DNA of 64,000 nt from Phyllosticta citribraziliensis (taxonomy: Eukaryota), in contig NW_027117342.1 in assembly GCF_038025025.1 (NCBI RefSeq), positions 930,001 through 994,000 of the forward strand, given 5' to 3'. The notes under the pieces are model-generated. The model did no database searches and was not told where the DNA came from. It saw only the letters and a program-made list of their open reading frames with translations. Shown one piece after another: positions 38,901 to 50,970 of this stretch. Position numbers and translations under genes: made by a program. Every line of letters begins with the position of its first letter. Position 1 is the stretch's first letter.

Positions 38901-39586
38901 ATACTTACTCTAGTATTACTAGCCCTAGCTACCCCTTAGCTATATATTCTATAGAAGGCAGGCTAAACCTCCCTAAAGCCTATATAACTTTCTTAGTAAT
39001 GTGTTTAAGGAAGCTGATAACAGCTATAGATATAGTATTAGGAATAAATACTAGATGAGATTTATATATAATCTAGACTAGGATTTTAAAGAAGTTAAGG
39101 AGTAGTATAAGAGGGTATAGAATAAGGCGATGCTCTATAAGGACCCTGCTTAAGAGGTAGTAATTAAGGAGTAGTAACGCCGCTATAAAGTAGAATACTA
39201 GTTAATAGAGATTCCTGCAGGCTTTAATAGCTTTAGACGCATATAGGAGGTATACTAATATGGGATTATAATAGGTTTAAGGGCTATAGGGTAGAGTGAC
39301 TAATTTTACTTTATACTACCTTATTAGATTTTAGAATACATTTAAAATTTTATTTCTTAGATTAACTAAGCAGCATTCTACTAGCTTTTTAAAAGTATAG
39401 TATATAAAGGTAGCAGACCTTTAATTCTAAACTATTTTACCTATACTCTACTCTTATCTACCTTACTCTACTCTACCCCACGCCAATCTATAGCATATAT
39501 ATATTAACCTAGCTTGTCTAATAAACCCTAAATTCCTTATTTTACCTCTATTAGCTCTAGTACTATAAGAAGTAATATCCTACAGC

Positions 39587-40009
39587 TATCACGATAGGCA
39601 TACACGCGCCTATATAAGTACTAGGGCCAGTATAGACGAACCTAGTATTATATAGTTATAGGAAGTATAAGCCTCACCTCAGGTAGTAGCCTACTATAGC
39701 TTAGGCTAAAACCTATAGGCTAGTACTAGCTACTATAGCCTAGTACTAGCTACTATAGCCTTAGGAAGATACTATATAACAGCCTATTAATACCTTACCT
39801 TTATAACTTACCTAATAATGACTAAGGACCCTTATATAAAGGATAAGAGGTAGAATAGTATAAAGGAAGGACTAGGAAATATATAGGTAGTAAGTATCTT
39901 TTATATTTTATTCTTTTAACTTATTAGATTTAATTAAGATATATATATATTCTCTAGTAGTTTGCCTTTAGCCCTTACCTATATAATAAGAAATCTATAA
40001 GTTGTAATA
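39587..40009 (+). repeat. 5' LTR (423 bp)
   Basis: Colinear without indels with 47368-47790; starts TATCACGA and ends TTGTAATA (inferred ancestral TGTCACGA...TCGTGACA); internal 20-bp tandem duplication CTAGTACTAGCTACTATAGC. Confidence 0.95.
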
Positions 40010-40338
40010 GATATAAAAGATTATTTTAAGTTTTAGCTCTATCCTACTTCTTTACCTATAAAGGTATTATAATATTTAACCTAAGTGATGTTATATATAG
40101 CTATAGTCTTATATAAGACTGCTTATTACTTTTCTCTAGTAAACCTAAGTTATCTTTATTAGGCGCATCGGTGTTATCTAAGGACTAAGGAGTATTAAGT
40201 ATATATTAACTATAGAAGTCTTTAGTTAAGGCTATAGGGTAGTATATAAATATTTAGGAGGTATCCTATCTATAACCTGCTTAAGGAACATTCTAAGTAG
40301 AAGACTATAAAGATAGTATAGCTAAGAATAAAGCTAAT

Positions 40339-41770
40339 ATGTCTAGTACTACTAAAGGTATTAGTACTGGTTAATTAACTTAATAAGATTCGCGCGAAGA
40401 GACTAAAGATTCGCGTAATACTAGACTTTTATTAAATAATAATAAGAGAGGACCTACCCCTATTCTCCTATATAATTTCTACTTAGTCCTAGTAGTAGAG
40501 GTGAAAGAATATACCTAAGACCTAGGGTTAACTTATACGATTTAAGCTCTAGTTATAGAGGCGTTTATAAAGGTACCGCGCTTAGATATTAATTAATTTA
40601 AATCTAAGATTGTATCTTTAAATAAGTCTTAAGTGTAGTAGTAACTAAACCGCGCGTGAAGGTAGAACTGGGCTCTTAAGTAAATACTCTTAAACTATAC
40701 TAATAGGCTAAGGGAAGCCTTAAGGGAAGGATATATTAGGCCCTCTCTATTAGGCTAGAACCTAAGACCTATTACTCTCTCTTAAGATCCTCCTACCTAT
40801 ATAAGGGAAACTACTACTAAAACCTCTACTTTATCTTTAAGTAGTAAGAAATACTAAAGTAGTAAGGTTCCTAATCCTCCTCTTCTTACTAATAGAGAAG
40901 ACCCCTTATATAAATACTAGACCCTTCTTATATAAAATAAAATTAAATAAAACTATAATTACTTTACTAAAGATATAGTAGAGGAGACTAAATAGAATAT
41001 TATAGGTTATATTATTTCCTATATTAGTAGAGAAGTCTTATATTACTTAACTCCTTTCCTTACTTCTTATATAAAGGCTAATAAAGTTACTCTAGATAAG
41101 GATATCTTTAAATTCCTAGATAACCTCCTCTAGAGTCTATATAAATATAAGAATATAAAGAAGTAGTTATACTCTCTTATATACTATATTTCTATAGACC
41201 TTTAGAAGTTTTAATTAAACTTTATATAATTAGCCTTAGATGTAGATCTTCCCTAGGAATAGTAGAAAGAGGACTTTTATAATATAATAGATCCTCTCCT
41301 TTAAACCTATATAGTTACTATAGAGTAAGATAAGGATATTAACTTTTATAAGTACCTCTAATAAGCCTACCCTATTACTTAAAGTCTTAGTAACTACTAT
41401 TCTAACTATAGAAAACTAACACTTATATTATATAAGGAAAGAGTAAAGAAGAGATAATAAGAATAAGTAAAGATAACTACCTTAGGTAGTATAAGTGCTT
41501 TATCTTCTAGTTATACCTAGGCGCGATCTATATCTAGGGCTCCCTTATATAATATAACCTGTAAAGGTAAAGTAGAAGTCTATATAGAGATTAGACTATA
41601 TAATTACTGCGGCTAGTTTAGCTATTTATAGAGGTAATGCCTATAACTAGAGATGAAGGTAATAGAGTTAGTAGAAGAAGAAAGTACTAAAGATATCTAT
41701 ATAAATAAAGGAGATTAGTCTTTATTAGAAAATAATAAGACCTAGGTAAAGTCTCCTGCCTTAGGTCTAA
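40339..41770 (+). pseudogene. gag relic of the gypsy element
   Basis: ATG at ~40339 and zinc-knuckle relic tat-aat-tac-tgc-ggc-tag-ttt-agc-tat-tta-tag-agg-taa-tgc (C-N-Y-C-G-Q-F-G-H-L-W-R-Q-C after de-RIP); limits approximate. Confidence 0.65.
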
Positions 41771-41799
41771 ACTTAGAGTAATATATATTAAAGGTTCTT

Positions 41800-44700
41800 A
41801 TATAAATCTTAGTTACTTTATTAGAGGTGTACCCTTTACTATATAAACCTTAATTATATCTAATAGCTGCGCCTTAGAAATTTGTGCCCTAGCTAATACT
41901 AGTACTAGTAGTATAAGTTTTATTTACTCTAAGCTACTACTAACTCTCTAGTCTATAGGTGCTATAAAAAAGAGAATAATAGGTAAAGGGCTTAATATTA
42001 CTAGGTTTAACTAATATATAAATAAGAAAGTTAATTTTTACTTTTATCTTTAACTCTATTTCTAAGATTAAATGGTTTCTACTTATGCTTTTATTTGTAA
42101 TATTAGCTGTAATAACATAATTCTTAGGTAATAGTTTTTTAACTAGTATAATATCCTCCTAGACTGTAAATAATATAAACTAGTCTAGAGATAGCTACTA
42201 GTTAACTAGTCCTTTTAGCATCTTCTATACCTACTAAAAATCTCTATATGAAGTAAAGAACTGCAGAAAAAATACTAAGTAGATATAGACTATAGAGATA
42301 AAAAATTTAATAAATGCCTCCTTCCCTTAGTATAGGTTATTAAGGGAATTAAATTCTAAACTTAAGATGTATTTAAGCTTTCTATTTATAAAATATAAGT
42401 TACGCTAATAGAGATCTATACTATTAACCTTATATAAGTTTAAGCGGCTCTTAAAGATAAGGAAACTAAGGAATTACTAGCTTCTAAGCTACTAGCTGCT
42501 TATAAGGAATTTTAAGATATATTTTCTAAAATAGAGTCTAATAAGCTACTACTATATTATATAGGGGTTAATTATAAAATATCTCTTATATATAATAGTC
42601 TACTAGAGCTTCTACCTAGTCCTCTCTATAGAATATCTCTAGAGTAGCTTAAGGCTATAAAAGAGTATATTATTAAGAACCTTTAGAAAGGCTTTATTAC
42701 TAAGAGCTTTACCGCCTATACTTCTCCTATTCTTATAGTGAAAAAGCCTAGTAGGGGATAGAGATTTTATATAGACTACTAATAGCTTAATAAATAAACT
42801 ACTAAGGATTTACACCCCCTCCCTCTTATTATAGAGTTACTTTAGCGCGTTAGAAAGGGCAAGATTTATACTAAGCTTAATATTTAATAAGCTTTCTACT
42901 ATATCTATCTTACTAAGGATTCTAAAGATAAAACCACTTTCTATATAAGATATAGGTTATTTAAATACTGTGTCTTACCTTTTAGATTAAGTAATAGACT
43001 AGTAGCCTTTTAATATTTTATTAACCAGGTTCTCTTTAAGTATTTAGACGATTTTATTATGGCTTTTATAGATAATATACTTATTATCTCTAAAAACCCT
43101 ATAGAGTACAAGGAACAAGTAAAAAAAGTACTAGTAAGACTATAAAAAGTAGGACTATAGGTAGATTTAAAGAAGAGCGAGTTTTTAGTTACTCATATAA
43201 AGTTTTTTAGATATATTATTTCTATAGAAGGCATTTAAATGGACCTAGATAAGGTAGAACCTATATAAAACTAGCTAATACTAAAAACCCTTAAAGCTCT
43301 TTAATCCTTCCTAGGTTTTTATAATTTCTACTAATGATTTCTCCCTAACTATAGATAAATTAGCTGACTATTAGAGAAACTATACTCTAAGGTAAAATAG
43401 TAATAACTAGGACCCCTAGAAGAAGAGGTAATTTAGTAACTTAAGAAGCTAATATGTAGTAATATACTTCTAGCTAACTATAACCCTACTCTTAATACTT
43501 ATATAGAGACTGATATAAGTGATAGAGTTACTATAGGTGTTTTAATACAGCTCTAATAACCTTTATATAATTAGAAACTAGTAGCCTTCTACTCTAAGAT
43601 AATAGCAGACGCAGAACTTTATTATAGAATTTTAGATAAAGAACTGCTGGCTATTAAGAATAGACTAGAAGAATAGAGACTAATACTTATTAGCCTTAAA
43701 AAACCTTTTCTTATAATTATAGACTATTAGGTATTAGAGTACTACTCTACTAAACGACAACTTAATTAATAATAAGCTAGATAGTCTAAGTTTTTTATAG
43801 AATTCTATATATAATTCTCCTATTAACTAGGAAAGGAAAATATTATTACTAATTACCTTACTTAAAAATAAGAAGACCTAAAGACTTAAAAAGAAAAAGT
43901 AAGGGCTATATAAGAGATATGCCTTATCCTACTAGAGACTATTATCCCTCTTTCTATTTTAGAATAAGAACTTCCTCCTCTAGTGTTATTTTTAGATGAA
44001 CTCCTCTATATAAACTAGGAAGATTCTAAATTAGAACTCTAGAGATAGAAAGCCCTCTTAAAAGACCTTAAATAAAGAAATAGTTAGGAACTAAAAGATG
44101 GTCTTTTACTATAATATAGTACCCTCTTTATACTAGATTATGATAACCTCTATATAAGAATGCTTAATACTTTATATACTACCTATATAACTGCCTATCC
44201 TAGTATTATAAAGATGTAAAAACTCCTTAAGTAATATTACTACTAGCTAGCTATAAATTGTATAATTAATATTTATAGGCAAGGATGCCATATTTACTAC
44301 TAAATAAAAGAGTTTTATAATAAAGACCTAGGCCTTCTATAACCCCTAGAGATTCCTACTTAACCCTAGTAATACTTAGCTATAGATTTTAAAGAGATGC
44401 CTAAAGACTAAAAGGGCTATAATATAATCCTAGTTATTATAGACTAGTTAAGTTAAAGAACCTTTAGTTTACCTTATATAAAAAAGATTAATACTAAAGG
44501 AGTCTCTAGGCTCTTTTATAAATATATCTACTATATTTATAGAAACCCTAAGTCTATTCTATCTAACTAAGGCCCTTAGTTCATCTTAGTGTTTATAAAT
44601 AAACTATATAAGCTGACTAGTATAGAGCAGCATTTTAACTTATCCTACTACTCTTAAACTAATAGTATTATAGAGATTGTTAATTAGTATCTTATATAAA

Positions 44701-45560
44701 GATTAAGACCTTTTATTAATTACTTTTAGAATGATTAGTCTAATCTTCTACTATTAATAGACCTCGCACAAGTAATACTTCCCTATAAAGCTACTAGACT
44801 TTTACCTTTTAAGATTAAGTTAGGATATTCCCCTTAAATATACTATAACTAATAATAAAGAACTAAGACCCCCTAGTAACTAGAGAAGATGGCTTGTATA
44901 GTAGTATAAATACTATAAAAGAGAAGATAAGAAGCTTTTAAATTTATAAAGAATCTTATTCTTAAATCCTAAGAGTATATATACTAATAAGCTAATAAAT
45001 ACTGTCGCGCGCTAGACTTTATAGTTAGAGATTATATCTATATTAAGAAAACAGGATAGTCTACTAATTAGCTAAACCTTAAATTAGACTTTCCTAATAC
45101 TAGACCTTTTAAGATTATAGGAATAGAAGGATCCTCCTACATTCTTAATCTTTCCTTATATATAAAGATAGTTAACCTTTTCTATACTAATAGGCTATAT
45201 AAGGCTAAAATAGAATAGCTTCCTAGTTAGGAATATACTAAACCTAAACCTAAGATTATTTAAGACGAGCCTAAGTAGGAAGTAGACTATATTTAAGCTA
45301 GTTAAGTCTTATATAAGAAGCTTTAATACTAAGTTAAATAGACTAGATATAACTAAGATGACTAGTAGTATAATATAAGTTCTTTTAGTAGCGCGCTGTA
45401 GAAAATTAAAGAATTCTACTTATTATACCCTATTATAGTAGGACTACTAAAAAATCTAGAAAAATAGAAGGCTGCCTTCCTCTAAGAAGAACTATAGATT
45501 AAAATAGAAAGTAATAATAAAATAAGTCACTTAGGCCTATAGTAAATATTATAAAGATAT
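41800..45560 (+). pseudogene. pol relic: protease, reverse transcriptase, RNase H, integrase, chromodomain
   Basis: De-RIPped motifs: F(C)IDY(R)(Q)LN ~42765, FID(D)ILI ~43065, IETD(A)SD ~43503, DKELLAI ~43635, P(W)(Q)(H)LA(M)DF ~44363, S(D)(R)GP(Q)F ~44560, GPFKI ~45100, chromodomain (W)EVD(H)I..Y(R)VK(W)T(G)Y ~45270-45430. Confidence 0.9.
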
Positions 45561-45569
45561 AGAAAGTAG

Positions 45570-47300
45570 ACTAATTAGTTTACTATCTACCCTTATATAA
45601 ATACTATTAATCTTAACTTCTACTCTCTAGTCTCTTCTTTTTACTACTTATTCCCTACTATCCTCTTTTTTAATTTCTACCCTTTACTTCTTTCCTTTTC
45701 CCTTCTTCTTATTATAATAGTTATTATATAAGACTATCTCCTCTAGATCCTCTAGCTTATTAGGTAGGATATCCTACTTAGCTAAAGCCTAATTAGTTTA
45801 ATCCTCTAATCTAGCTTAGTAGTATAAGTTCTAGAACTCCTCTATACGAATTTTATCTTTACGCCTCTTATAATAAGCAGGCAGCTTGGCACCCTTTAAG
45901 TTACTTATAGTATAGTTAAGGTTACCTATACCTTAAAGGCAGTTAGTGCAGCGGCCCTATAAGAAACTAGGCAGGTAGTAACAACTAATAAACGCGCGAG
46001 TATTAGTATTATTATAATACTTAGTGTAGCTGATAGGGTTATTAATTCTAGTATACTAGATAAGAAAAGCATCGCACAAGCTAGCTTAAGTTTTAACTAA
46101 TAAGTAGTTAAATTACTAAGTAGAAACTATAATATATAAGTAAGGTATGCTATTACCTAAGGCTAAGATGCGCTTAGCGCGCTCTTATACTTTAGAACTA
46201 CTAAGGTGCGCCTATATAGTTAGTTAGATAAGAATCCCTTATATTAGTAAGATAAACTTACTTATGCGACACTCTCTATATTCTTATAAGGGATGTAAAG
46301 TGTCAACTTAAAGTCCTACTTAATAGGCGCCTTATTAGAGCTAACTGGTGACGCTGTAACGCGAATCTTACTATTACTACTATTATATAAAGTAGCAGGT
46401 AGTAAGTACTTAGCTGCTAGAACCTAATAAGCCGCAGGATTATAATAATAGCATATATAAGTAGGCTCTTTACCTTCTTCCTCTAAAACAGGCTGTATAA
46501 TAGCAAACTGGCGGCGACACGGTGTAATAGGCTGGTTAGTAGCAGGCTATACAGCTATAGATGATAAACCTTACGCGATAACTAATAATACTAATTAAGT
46601 AGAACCTAATACTATAGTATACTATAGGTAAAGTAATAAGCCTATAGCTATTCCTAGCTAAATAAGTAAAGCCTAGCCTAACTAAGTCTTTATATAAGTA
46701 TCCTCCTCTATAATTATATTAGTTAGTAAGACGGGACGACGAAGTAGTAAAACCTAGATATATAATACTACTTAATAGCCTAGATAATAATTAGTAATAG
46801 TTAGAGATAGAATTAAAGTTTACTTACCTTAGGACTCTATATAATAGTCCTTATAGATACTGCTAGCTAAAATAGCTCTCTAAGTAAGTAGTAACTGCAA
46901 TAGATTATAAATAACACTATATAATAATAACTTAATACCGCGACTCTTACGCGATAGTAATGAGTCCTAATAGACCAGACTATAATAAGCAGCAGATATA
47001 TTAAGTATACGGTAGCTAGGAATATCTACTTTACTATTAGTAGGGTATAAATTATTTAAATTATTAGAACCTTTATATGCAATAGTTAGTTTACTAGATT
47101 ATAGCTAAATTAGACTAGGATAACAACATACTTTAATAGGGAGCTTTAGATATAGCTAAGTAAGATAGTAACCTTCTACAGGTCGCGTGGTAAAAGAGAT
47201 AGTAATAGAAAGAGATAGTATAGTAGTAGACCTAGACTAATAATTATACTACGCGCATAGAACGCTTAAATTACTAAATTACTACTATTATACATTATAA
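45570..47300 (-). pseudogene. Extra antisense ORF relic within the gypsy element, DUF3716-like Cys-rich domain
   Basis: Minus frame across ~46085-45880 reads SLCDAFLI*YTRINNPISYTKYYNNTNTRAFISCYYLPSFL*GRCTNCL*GIGNLNYT, followed downstream by a K/E-rich tail; outer limits approximate. Confidence 0.55.
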
Positions 47301-47367
47301 GTCTATACCTATACGAGCGCCTATAGCTGCTAATTCCTACAATTTTAGCTTCTCTTTAGGGGGGGCA

Positions 47368-47790
47368 TATTATAATAGGTATATATATACCTATATAAGC
47401 ACTAGGGCCAGCATAGATAAACCTAGTATTATATAGTTATAGGAAGCACGAGCCTCACCTTAGGTAGCAGCCTGCTATAGCTTAGGCTAAAACCTGCAGG
47501 CTGGTACTAGCTACTACAGCCTGGTACTAGCTACTATAGCCTTAGGAAGATACCACGTAATAGCCTATTAATACCTTACCTTTATAACTTACCTAATAAT
47601 GACTAAGGACCCTTATATAAAGGATAAGAGGTAGAATAGTATAAAGGAAGGACTAGGAAATATATAGGTAGTAAGTATCTTTTATATTTTATTCTTTTAA
47701 CTTATTAGATTTAATTAAGATATATATATATTCTCTAGTAGTTTGCCTTTAGCCCTTACCTATATAATAAGAAATCTACAAGTCGTAATA
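47368..47790 (+). repeat. 3' LTR (423 bp)
   Basis: Direct repeat of 39587-40009, preceded by the G-rich PPT at 47358-47365. Confidence 0.95.
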
Positions 47791-48934
47791 ATAGCATAGT
47801 TAATTACTATTAACACCTAGTGCTATATTAATAGTATAAACTATTATAGCTCTTAACTATTTATAGGTAAGCTATACTCTACACCTCAGCCTTTAGATTA
47901 TATATACTGCTAATATCACGCTAGTACCTTACTATAGCAAATAATAATCTTAACTCATAATAAGTTTCCTAATAAGATGGTTATTATATAATAATCTTAC
48001 TAATATCTTTACTACCTTTTAAAGTTTGCCTTATAATAGCTGAGGCAGCAGTTAAATTAGAAGATAACTAGGGATCTTAGGGTTACTAGCTACTAGATAA
48101 AGTATATAGTGCCTTCCTATTACTATATATTTTAAAGTAATAGTAGGAGGCCATGCTATTTACTATAGAGATAAAGATAAACATTCTAATCTATATTATA
48201 CCTAAGGTTATTAATATCAGCTAGATCCGCGTTATTTAACTAGATATACTAAATATCTATAAAGGCATAACTAGAAGCCTCCTCTTAAAGGCTAAGAAGA
48301 TTTTAGTTAGTATTTATTTCTAGGGAAACAGGTTTAGCTTTAGAAATAGTAAAGCAATTACTAAATATATATAGGTAATCTAATACCTAGTATAAAATAG
48401 AGATATTAAGCGAGATATTTATTTCTAATTCTCCTAAATCTCTAACATCCTTATTTTAGCCTTAGAGTTTAAGTATACTATTAAGTGCTACCTATCCTTA
48501 TAGAGGAACTTATATTTAAGTCTTCCTATTTACTTTAAAATACACACCTATTATAATGTCAGCCACAACTTAACGTGTTAGACTATTAGCCTTAGATTAG
48601 ATAAGAAAGCCTACAGCACCTAAATCTATTTAGCTAACTAGATGTTCTACTAGGTAGTTAAGATAAGGAACCAGATTAGGGGATATAGCTTAAAGTATAT
48701 ACTACTTATCCTTATTAACTAATTTATGCTTAATTTCTTTAACTATCTAGTCTAGAATGTATATAAATAGATTATAGGACGCTAAAAGAAAAGTAACCCT
48801 AGCTATAGCTCTAGGTAAATACATCTATAAAACTGATAGTTAATTATATAATATAGAAAGGACTAATAGAAGGCAAAATCCCTTACTTTTAAAGTTAGCT
48901 TAGAGCTACCTGCTATTAGGTAGAGCGCTGCTTT

Positions 48935-49078
48935 ATAGGAAGATAAAGTAGAGGAAGTAATTTTAGAATTAGAGAGAGTTCTAGTTCTAGTTAAAAGTTA
49001 TACTTTATAGGAAGATAGAGAGGGTAAGATAATCTTAGAATTAGATAGAGTTTTAGTTCTAGTTAAAATTTATACTCT
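48935..49078. repeat. Two diverged 72-bp tandem units
   Basis: TTAGAATTAGA(G/T)AGAGTT(C/T)TAGTTCTAGTTAAAA(G/T)TTATACT recurs at 48963 and 49035. Confidence 0.8.
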
Positions 49079-49416
49079 AGATTTTTTTACTTAGCTAAAG
49101 TATTGCATTTTTAGAAGTAGAGGCCTTAAAGGCATAGATAATAGTATATATAGATGGCGTAAAGAGGTAAAGGGCGTGTACCCCTTATATTAAATACTTA
49201 TTAAAACTTTTAGATATACCTCTTTATTAACTAACCGCTGTAGTAGATACAATTCCTAGTATTTAGACTATTCTTATATAATAAAGGGCTCAGATTTAGG
49301 CGTCTAGGTAGATGCTATATATAGATAGTTTAATCTATCTTACTAAGCCTATAATAGGGATCTAGGTATAAAAATAGACTCCTCCTAGTTACTATAATCT
49401 TTCCTATATCTTAACG

Positions 49417-49795
49417 CCACCTCTAGACTCTTACCTTACTACTACTATCTAGATTATCTACTATAACCCTTTCTACGTCTCTATATACCACCTCTAGTAA
49501 CTCACCTTACTACTACTATCTAGATCATCTACTATAACCCTTTCTACGTCTCTATATACCACCTCTAGCAACTTACCTTACTACTACTATCTAAATTATC
49601 TACTATAACCCTTTCTATATCTCTATATACCACCTCTAGTAACTTACCTTACTACTACTATCTAGATTATCTACTATAACCCTTTCTATATCTCTATATA
49701 CCACCTCTAGCAACTTACCTTACTACTACTATCTAAATTATCTACTATAACCCTTTCTATATCTCTATATACTACCTCTAGTAACTCCCTTTACT
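49417..49795. repeat. 71-bp minisatellite, 5 full copies plus a partial sixth
   Basis: C(C/T)ACCTCTAG recurs at 49417, 49488, 49559, 49630, 49701, 49772; copies differ mostly by C/T and G/A changes. Confidence 0.95.
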
Positions 49796-49889
49796 TTCTA
49801 CTATCTTAAGCGCCACTATAGCTATAGTATGCCGTGGCTATTAATATCTCTCTATACACTATATCTACTAACTAGATAGGATAGGTAGC

Positions 49890-50970
49890 TACATCATCTA
49901 TAATATCTATAGAGATTAAGACTGGCAAGAAGCGTGGCCTTAGTAAATGCTAGGTAGGTATTTAAATTATTATAAAGGGGAAACTACTAATACAATCTAT
50001 ATAGAGTATAGGATCTTATAAGCGACAAGCTATAGTAGATACTAGAGTAGTAAAAATAAAGTGCCTAGCTAATAAAGTAGATAAAATATATAAGAAGTAT
50101 TGCCTCCTTAAGACTAAGATTAAGGCGAACTGTATTTAAGGAAATACTATTAATAGTTATAGGTCTACTTTTATAGTCCTACTTAAGATAGGACTTGTAT
50201 TATTACTTATAATAGTCTCTAGCTAGCTAGCTAGGGGGGTGGTTAATGCTATCTTTAGCCAGCCTAGTTATAACGTAAAATAGGAGCTTAGTTAAGTCTA
50301 TACTATTCTAGAAAATACTTTAGATGCTATTTAGATAATTAATATTAACTAAGACTCCCCTATAAGTATTAATCTACTAGACTGGATTATTACTAGCCTA
50401 AAGACTAAAGTTAGTTAGCTTAAGTAAAGTATTAAGCTACTTAGCTAATTCCTTCCTAAGCAGCCAACTATTAAGGACCTCTAGGTAAAGAGAGTAATAG
50501 CTAGATAATACCTTAAGGACTTATAATCCTCTAGCTAATCTTAATAGCTTAACTATAACTTCCTAGAGCTTAATTAGATCTATAATCTATTAGGATAATA
50601 TATTTAAATTTATTAAGGTTTTATTAACCTTAAGGAAGAGAACTAGGAGTATTCTAAAGATATTAATAGTATTTTAATAAGTCTAAAGTTAATATAGGAG
50701 GGAGATAATAATAAGCTATATATCTTATCTTAAGATCTTACTTAATGCGCCCTAAGACTCCTTAGAGCAGCTGATAAGATTATAAGGAATACTATTAGAG
50801 ATAACGCCTACTAGATTAGTAATAATAATGACTAATATAATAGTAAGAGTAATAGTAATAATGCTAAGCTCTTAGAATAATGCTATTATAGTAAGCATCT
50901 ATTAGGGTAAAATAGTAATAACTAACTTAGCTCTACCCTAGATAAGAATAAAAATAAGATAAAAGAAGAC
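49890..50970 (+). pseudogene. RIP-damaged, intron-containing gene relic of unknown family
   Basis: Frame IEIKTGKKRGLSKC, intron-like GTAGGT..CTAAT..TAG at ~49954-50004, then a long frame interrupted only by TAA/TAG. Confidence 0.4.

Larger units (their letters stand above)
39587..47790 (+). mobile_element. Full-length Ty3/gypsy LTR retrotransposon (chromovirus), RIP-inactivated, 8204 bp
   Basis: Two 423-bp LTRs; TSD ACAGC (39582-39586) / ATAGC (47791-47795); polypurine tract AGGGGGGG before 3' LTR; relic motifs in gypsy order: gag CCHC (~41597), protease (~41890), RT, RNase H, integrase, chromodomain. Confidence 0.95.

Noticed and set aside
35400..39586. Starship captain (DUF3435 tyrosine recombinase) at the left edge of the AT block
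   Set aside because: I could not find recombinase motifs in any frame I read, so the Starship label is not assigned.
49417..49795. Regularly spaced repeats resembling a CRISPR array
   Set aside because: Whole 71-bp units repeat with no unique spacers, no cas genes, and the host is eukaryotic.
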